Source: an uncultured Acholeplasmataceae bacterium (GTDB taxonomy: Bacteria; Bacillota_I; Bacilli_A; ML615J-28; CAG-698). From it: 64,000 nucleotides of DNA. The DNA is taken from positions 406 through 64,405 of the forward strand of contig CAUTZD010000004.1 in NCBI GenBank assembly GCA_963542825.1, in the 5' to 3' direction. Shown one piece after another: positions 60,352-64,000 of the stretch. Both the position numbers and the translations under genes were made by a program. The notes below the pieces were generated by a model. The model was given only the letters and a program-made list of their open reading frames with translations. It made no database searches and had not been told where the DNA came from. The first letter of the stretch is position 1. Every line of letters begins with the position of its first letter.

Positions 60352-61102
60352 TATTTACCTCTTTAAGTTTATTTTTAATATCTTGGTAGTTAAAACCTTT
60401 CCGCTGATATTTCTGAATAATTTTCGTTTGTGAAAGTTTTTGTAAGTCTTTCACTATCCCTTTTCTAAGTTCTTCTAAACTTTCATCTACCAAAGAAAGA
60501 TTATTAATAAGCTCTTCGGCCTCACCCATTAAAAAACCATTTTCTAGAGAAAGCCCTAACAGCTTCCTTTTCTGAATGGCTAAGGGATAACTTTTATACC
60601 GATAACGGTTTTTATTTAGAAAAGCCACTAGTTCTTCTTTGAAACTTAAGCTATCAACGCTTATAACTTTTTCAGGATCTACTCCTTTTTCTTTAAGTTT
60701 ACGCTTAATAAAAAGCGGTCCTTTATTTTTGTTCTTTAAATAAATAATATAATCTTTAAAATACTCTTCATCATTTATAAGATTAAGTTCTTTAAGTTTT
60801 GTAATAATTTCTTCGTTCTCTAAATCTGAAAAATAAAGTTTATCTCTAATCTCTTTTTCTGATTTCCGTTTTTTGATGAGGGTATTAACTAAACGAAGAT
60901 AACTTTTACTTAAAATATTTTCCGCTTTTAACTTTGAAAACTCGGTTTCAGTTAGTTCGTGATTTTGAAAAAGCTTATAAGAAATAACAAGCTCTTCAGT
61001 TATTTTAATGGTTTCACCAAAAACGGTGAGTTCGTATCCTTTACTACTTGTCTTTTTTAAGTTTGTTACGGATCTTTTTTCCATAAGTAAATCCTTCGCC
61101 AC
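60338..61102 (-). CDS. recX: RecX-like regulatory protein
   Basis: Three helical repeats, e.g. LINDEEYFKDYIIYLKNKNKGPLFIKRKLKEKGV. Length 254 aa. Confidence 0.55.
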   Translation of the reverse strand: MAKDLLMEKRSVTNLKKTSSKGYELTVFGETIKITEELVISYKLFQNHELTETEFSKLKAENILSKSYLRLVNTLIKKRKSEKEIRDKLYFSDLENEEIITKLKELNLINDEEYFKDYIIYLKNKNKGPLFIKRKLKEKGVDPEKVISVDSLSFKEELVAFLNKNRYRYKSYPLAIQKRKLLGLSLENGFLMGEAEELINNLSLVDESLEELRKGIVKDLQKLSQTKIIQKYQRKGFNYQDIKNKLKEVNNEII

Positions 61103-61988
61103 TTACTTCGCTTGTTCTTGTGACATAATAAAAAACATCAGGATCAATTAATTCAAGAAGCTGCTTAAGTTTGTAGAAATCACTAGAGTTAAGCACACAA
61201 ACAAGCATCTTTTTATGGCTGCTACTAAATCCTCCTTGAACATCAAATTCCGTTACCCCGCGATTTAAATTTTCCAGAATTGCTTTTTTGATTTGCTCTG
61301 GCTTATCACTAACGATGTGAACGGTTCTACTAGAAAAACCAGAGAACACAATTGCATCCGTAATAAATCCTGATACGAGAATATAGAAAATACCATAGAG
61401 TAAGTTGATGAAATTTCGAAAAACAGCTAAGGAAATGAGAAGAACAAAACCATCAACAAAAATTAAAGAAAGTGAATAGGGAATGGCAAGTTTCTCGTAT
61501 AAAATCTTTTGCGGGATCTCGCTTCCTCCGGTTGAACCTCCATACCTTAAGGTAATACCAAGGCCAAACCCCGTTAAACATGCTCCAAACACCACACCAA
61601 TAAACATGTGTTCTTTGTGAAGGTTTTGAAATAAATCAGGCAAAGCATTATTAATAACTTTATATAACAGTGCAAACAAAGCAATAACTATTGGATACAT
61701 AATTGATCCATAAAAAGTCTTATTAAAAAAGTCTCTGCCAATAACAATCCAACCAATAATTAAAAGCACGACGTTAAGCGAAAGAATGAGGATATAGGAA
61801 TCCATGTTCGTTAGTTTACTAAAAGTTATAGCAAGTCCACCAACACCTCCCGTTACAAGATCGATTGGATCAAGAAAAAAAGCAAACGAAAAAGATGTAC
61901 AAATAACACCAAGCGTAATAAAAACATATTCTAAAATAACATGCTTTTTTTGTGCTTTATCTTTCTTTGCTTTTTTTACTTCTGTCAT
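61044..61988 (-). CDS. YitT family membrane protein (DUF161 plus DUF2179)
   Basis: HVILEYVFITLGVICTSFSFAFFL...GGVGG N-terminus. C-terminal DUF2179-like soluble domain. Confidence 0.75.
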   Translation of the reverse strand: MTEVKKAKKDKAQKKHVILEYVFITLGVICTSFSFAFFLDPIDLVTGGVGGLAITFSKLTNMDSYILILSLNVVLLIIGWIVIGRDFFNKTFYGSIMYPIVIALFALLYKVINNALPDLFQNLHKEHMFIGVVFGACLTGFGLGITLRYGGSTGGSEIPQKILYEKLAIPYSLSLIFVDGFVLLISLAVFRNFINLLYGIFYILVSGFITDAIVFSGFSSRTVHIVSDKPEQIKKAILENLNRGVTEFDVQGGFSSSHKKMLVCVLNSSDFYKLKQLLELIDPDVFYYVTRTSEVSGEGFTYGKKIRNKLKKDK

Positions 61989-61989
61989 T

Positions 61990-63084
61990 TTAACCTCTAT
62001 TATATTCGCTTTTTAAAAAGCTATCGATGAAACCTGTAATTTCTCCATCCATGACTTTCACAACATTTGTTTCTTCATACTGCGTCCGTAAATCTTTGAT
62101 TAAACTATACGGATGAAAAACATAACTTCTGATTTGACTACCAAACGATGTTTCGTTTTTTGTGCCACCAATTTCATTAATTTTCTTAAGTTGCGCTTCT
62201 TCTTCAAGTTTTAAAAGTTTCATCTTTAAGACTTGAAAAGCCCGCTCACGGTTTTGAATTTGACTACGTTCGCTTTGACAAGTAACAACAATTCCTGTTG
62301 GAATATGGGTTATTCTAATCGCTGATTCGGTTTTATTGATGTGTTGACCTCCAGCACCACTAGAACGGTAGGTGTCAACACGTACATCTTTATCGCTGAT
62401 AACAATGTCAATATCACCTTCAATGTCAGGAACGACATAGACAGAAGCAAACGATGTATGACGCCTTTTATTGGCATCGAATGGTGATATACGCACGAGT
62501 CTGTGAACCCCCGTTTCGCCTTTTAAAAAGCCATAAGCATTCGTTCCTTCAATAAGAAACGACACGCTTTTAATTCCTGCTTCTTCGCCATCAAGTAAAT
62601 CAAGAACCGTCAGTTTAAAGCCATATTTACTTGCGTAGCCTTTATACATCCGAAAAAGCATATCCGCCCAGTCCTGAGCTTCGGTACCGCCAGCACCCGA
62701 ATGAATTTCCACGATTGCGTTTTCTTGATCATACTGTTTACTTAATAAAACTTCAAGTTCCAAACTATGGATCTCTTTCGTAAGCCTTATAATCTCCGTT
62801 TCAAGTTCATGAAAAAAACTATTATCTTCCTTTAAAAGCTCAAACATCACTTTAACGTCAGTTAGCTCTTTACTTGCTTTATCAAGGCGCCCAAGTGTTC
62901 CTTTAATATACTTAATTTCCTTGACAAGTTTTTTATCAGGATTTAACCAAAAATCAGGATTACTAATAGTTTCTTCTTTTTCCTTAATAAAAATGGTTTT
63001 CTCTTTGTAGTGATAAGCCTCTTTTAAATCAGCAATCGTTTTTAAAAGCTTACTAAAAGTGTCTTTTAATTCATACAGTTCCAT
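61990..63084 (-). CDS. prfB: Peptide chain release factor 2, encoded in a single frame (no programmed +1 frameshift site)
   Basis: SGAGGQHINKTESAIRITHIPTG (GGQ). SPF motif in the GFLKGETGVHRLVRISPFD region. Full N-terminus MELYELKD aligns with the RF2 start without interruption. Confidence 0.92.
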   Translation of the reverse strand: MELYELKDTFSKLLKTIADLKEAYHYKEKTIFIKEKEETISNPDFWLNPDKKLVKEIKYIKGTLGRLDKASKELTDVKVMFELLKEDNSFFHELETEIIRLTKEIHSLELEVLLSKQYDQENAIVEIHSGAGGTEAQDWADMLFRMYKGYASKYGFKLTVLDLLDGEEAGIKSVSFLIEGTNAYGFLKGETGVHRLVRISPFDANKRRHTSFASVYVVPDIEGDIDIVISDKDVRVDTYRSSGAGGQHINKTESAIRITHIPTGIVVTCQSERSQIQNRERAFQVLKMKLLKLEEEAQLKKINEIGGTKNETSFGSQIRSYVFHPYSLIKDLRTQYEETNVVKVMDGEITGFIDSFLKSEYNRG

Positions 63085-63087
63085 ATT

Positions 63088-64000
63088 TTACTGTCCACAG
63101 CAATTTTTATATTTCTTGCCACTACCACAAGGACAAGGGCTATTACGACCAACCTTTTCTTCTTTTCTAACGACCGGCTTTTTCTTAACTGGCGCCTCGC
63201 CACTTGAGGCAACCGGATCTTTGACAACTGCTTCACGTTCAAGATTTTCCCGAATTTGCGCGCGGTTAATATATTTAAAAATATCTTCATTAATACTGTT
63301 AATCATCGTTTGAAATTTCTCAAAACCAATTTCTTGATATTCGCGCAAAGGGTCAACTTGAGCATATGATTGTAGTTGAACAGCTTGACGTAGTTCACTC
63401 ATCGCATCGATATGCTCCATCCAGTATTCATCAACAACCCTTAGTAAAATTACTTTTAAGAATTCTTGAATCATTTCTTGTCCAAACTGCTTTTCTTTTT
63501 CGGTAATTAGTTCAAGAGCTTTATCATATAAGAAATCTTCAAGCTTATTTTCAGGTAAACTTAAGAATGCTTCTTTATTCAAATAGTTCAATGGATAATA
63601 AATACCGTTAAGTGTTTTATATACTTTTTCTTGATATGTTTCTTCTTCGCCTTTCAAAGGATGCGAAACTTTCACTAAAAGATCACTAATCGTATCTTTA
63701 AACATCGAGTAAACAACTGGCTTAATGTCTTCTAAGAATAGCACTTGATCACGTTCCTTATAAATGATCTCCCGCTGAATTCTTAAAACCTCATCGTACT
63801 GTAAAACGCCTTTCCGGGCATCGTAGTTACTAGCTTCAACTTTCCTTTGAGCTGATTCGACAAGTCGAGAAAAAACTCTAAACTCAATTGGCTCTTCTTC
63901 ATTTCCTTTGGAAGCTCCCGTAATATTTTGAACAAGGCGAATAAAAGACTCGCTACCAAAACGTTTAATTAAATCGTCTTCAACTGATAAATAGAATCTT
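63088..64000 (-). CDS. secA: Preprotein translocase SecA, 3' portion (gene continues beyond the window edge)
   Basis: C-terminal zinc-binding CPCGSGKKYKNCCGQ. Reading frame open to position 64000. Confidence 0.9.
   Translation of the reverse strand, partial: RFYLSVEDDLIKRFGSESFIRLVQNITGASKGNEEEPIEFRVFSRLVESAQRKVEASNYDARKGVLQYDEVLRIQREIIYKERDQVLFLEDIKPVVYSMFKDTISDLLVKVSHPLKGEEETYQEKVYKTLNGIYYPLNYLNKEAFLSLPENKLEDFLYDKALELITEKEKQFGQEMIQEFLKVILLRVVDEYWMEHIDAMSELRQAVQLQSYAQVDPLREYQEIGFEKFQTMINSINEDIFKYINRAQIRENLEREAVVKDPVASSGEAPVKKKPVVRKEEKVGRNSPCPCGSGKKYKNCCGQ

Noticed and set aside
61990-63084. Looked for the programmed +1 frameshift site typical of prfB
   Set aside because: The full RF2 N-terminus (MELYELKD...) is in frame with the GGQ domain with no internal stop. 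This genome encodes RF2 without autoregulatory frameshifting.
1-64000. Possibility that this is a UGA=Trp Mollicutes genome
   Set aside because: prfB (RF2) is present. UGA terminates lepB/ftsK-type genes cleanly. CHAP and Amidase_2 peptidoglycan hydrolase lipoproteins are present. The standard code is used.

Overview
This is a low-GC (about 30%) Firmicutes-type chromosomal window, possibly Erysipelotrichia- or Acholeplasma-like. It uses the standard genetic code: prfB (RF2) is present, UGA behaves as a stop, and peptidoglycan hydrolases are encoded. Nearly every gene is on the minus strand. Note that the ORF track calls ATG, GTG and TTG starts and omits ORFs that run off the window edges.

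The housekeeping backbone, read in minus-strand (transcription) order, is: secA (3' part), prfB, yitT, recX, GHL10 hydrolase, ABC exporter, ftsK/sftA, lepB, rbgA, rnhB, peroxiredoxin, topA, two tRNA-Arg, AzgA-like purine permease behind a guanine-type riboswitch, uracil permease, tig, lon, secG, rnr, smpB, pdp, mgtC, M13 peptidase (pepO), tRNA-Leu and tRNA-Cys.

Three accessory patches interrupt it:
- A roughly 7.5-kb island (39.8-47.3 kb) abuts the 3' end of tRNA-Arg(CCG). It carries a beta-class DNA methyltransferase translationally coupled to a PD-(D/E)xK nuclease, plus a tightly linked polymerase-beta-fold nucleotidyltransferase. It also carries a serine recombinase on the opposite strand, frameshifted KilA-N phage debris, a DUF4143 AAA ATPase with a decayed second copy, and IS/gene remnants.
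- A tRNA-Cys to tRNA-Leu patch (12.5-19.7 kb) holds a 573-aa orphan protein, a flavodoxin, an AlbA_2/HATPase_c_4 (Schlafen-like) regulator and two more DUF4143 ATPases.
- A lipoprotein/membrane-protein operon (6.6-12.2 kb) is headed by an intracellular S41-like peptidase and trailed by a rubredoxin.

Other points worth a second look:
- rnr is split by a -1 frameshift in a 6-nt homopolymer.
- A zinc-ribbon/DUF4190 membrane protein translationally coupled to a lipoprotein occurs twice.
- A 30-aa transmembrane peptide is coupled to a giant Listeria-Bacteroides-repeat surface protein.
- A small rubredoxin gene is missed by the ORF track.
- 12-bp tandem iterons and perfect palindromes sit in several promoters.
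- An IS3 transposase remnant lies next to an orphan ABC exporter.
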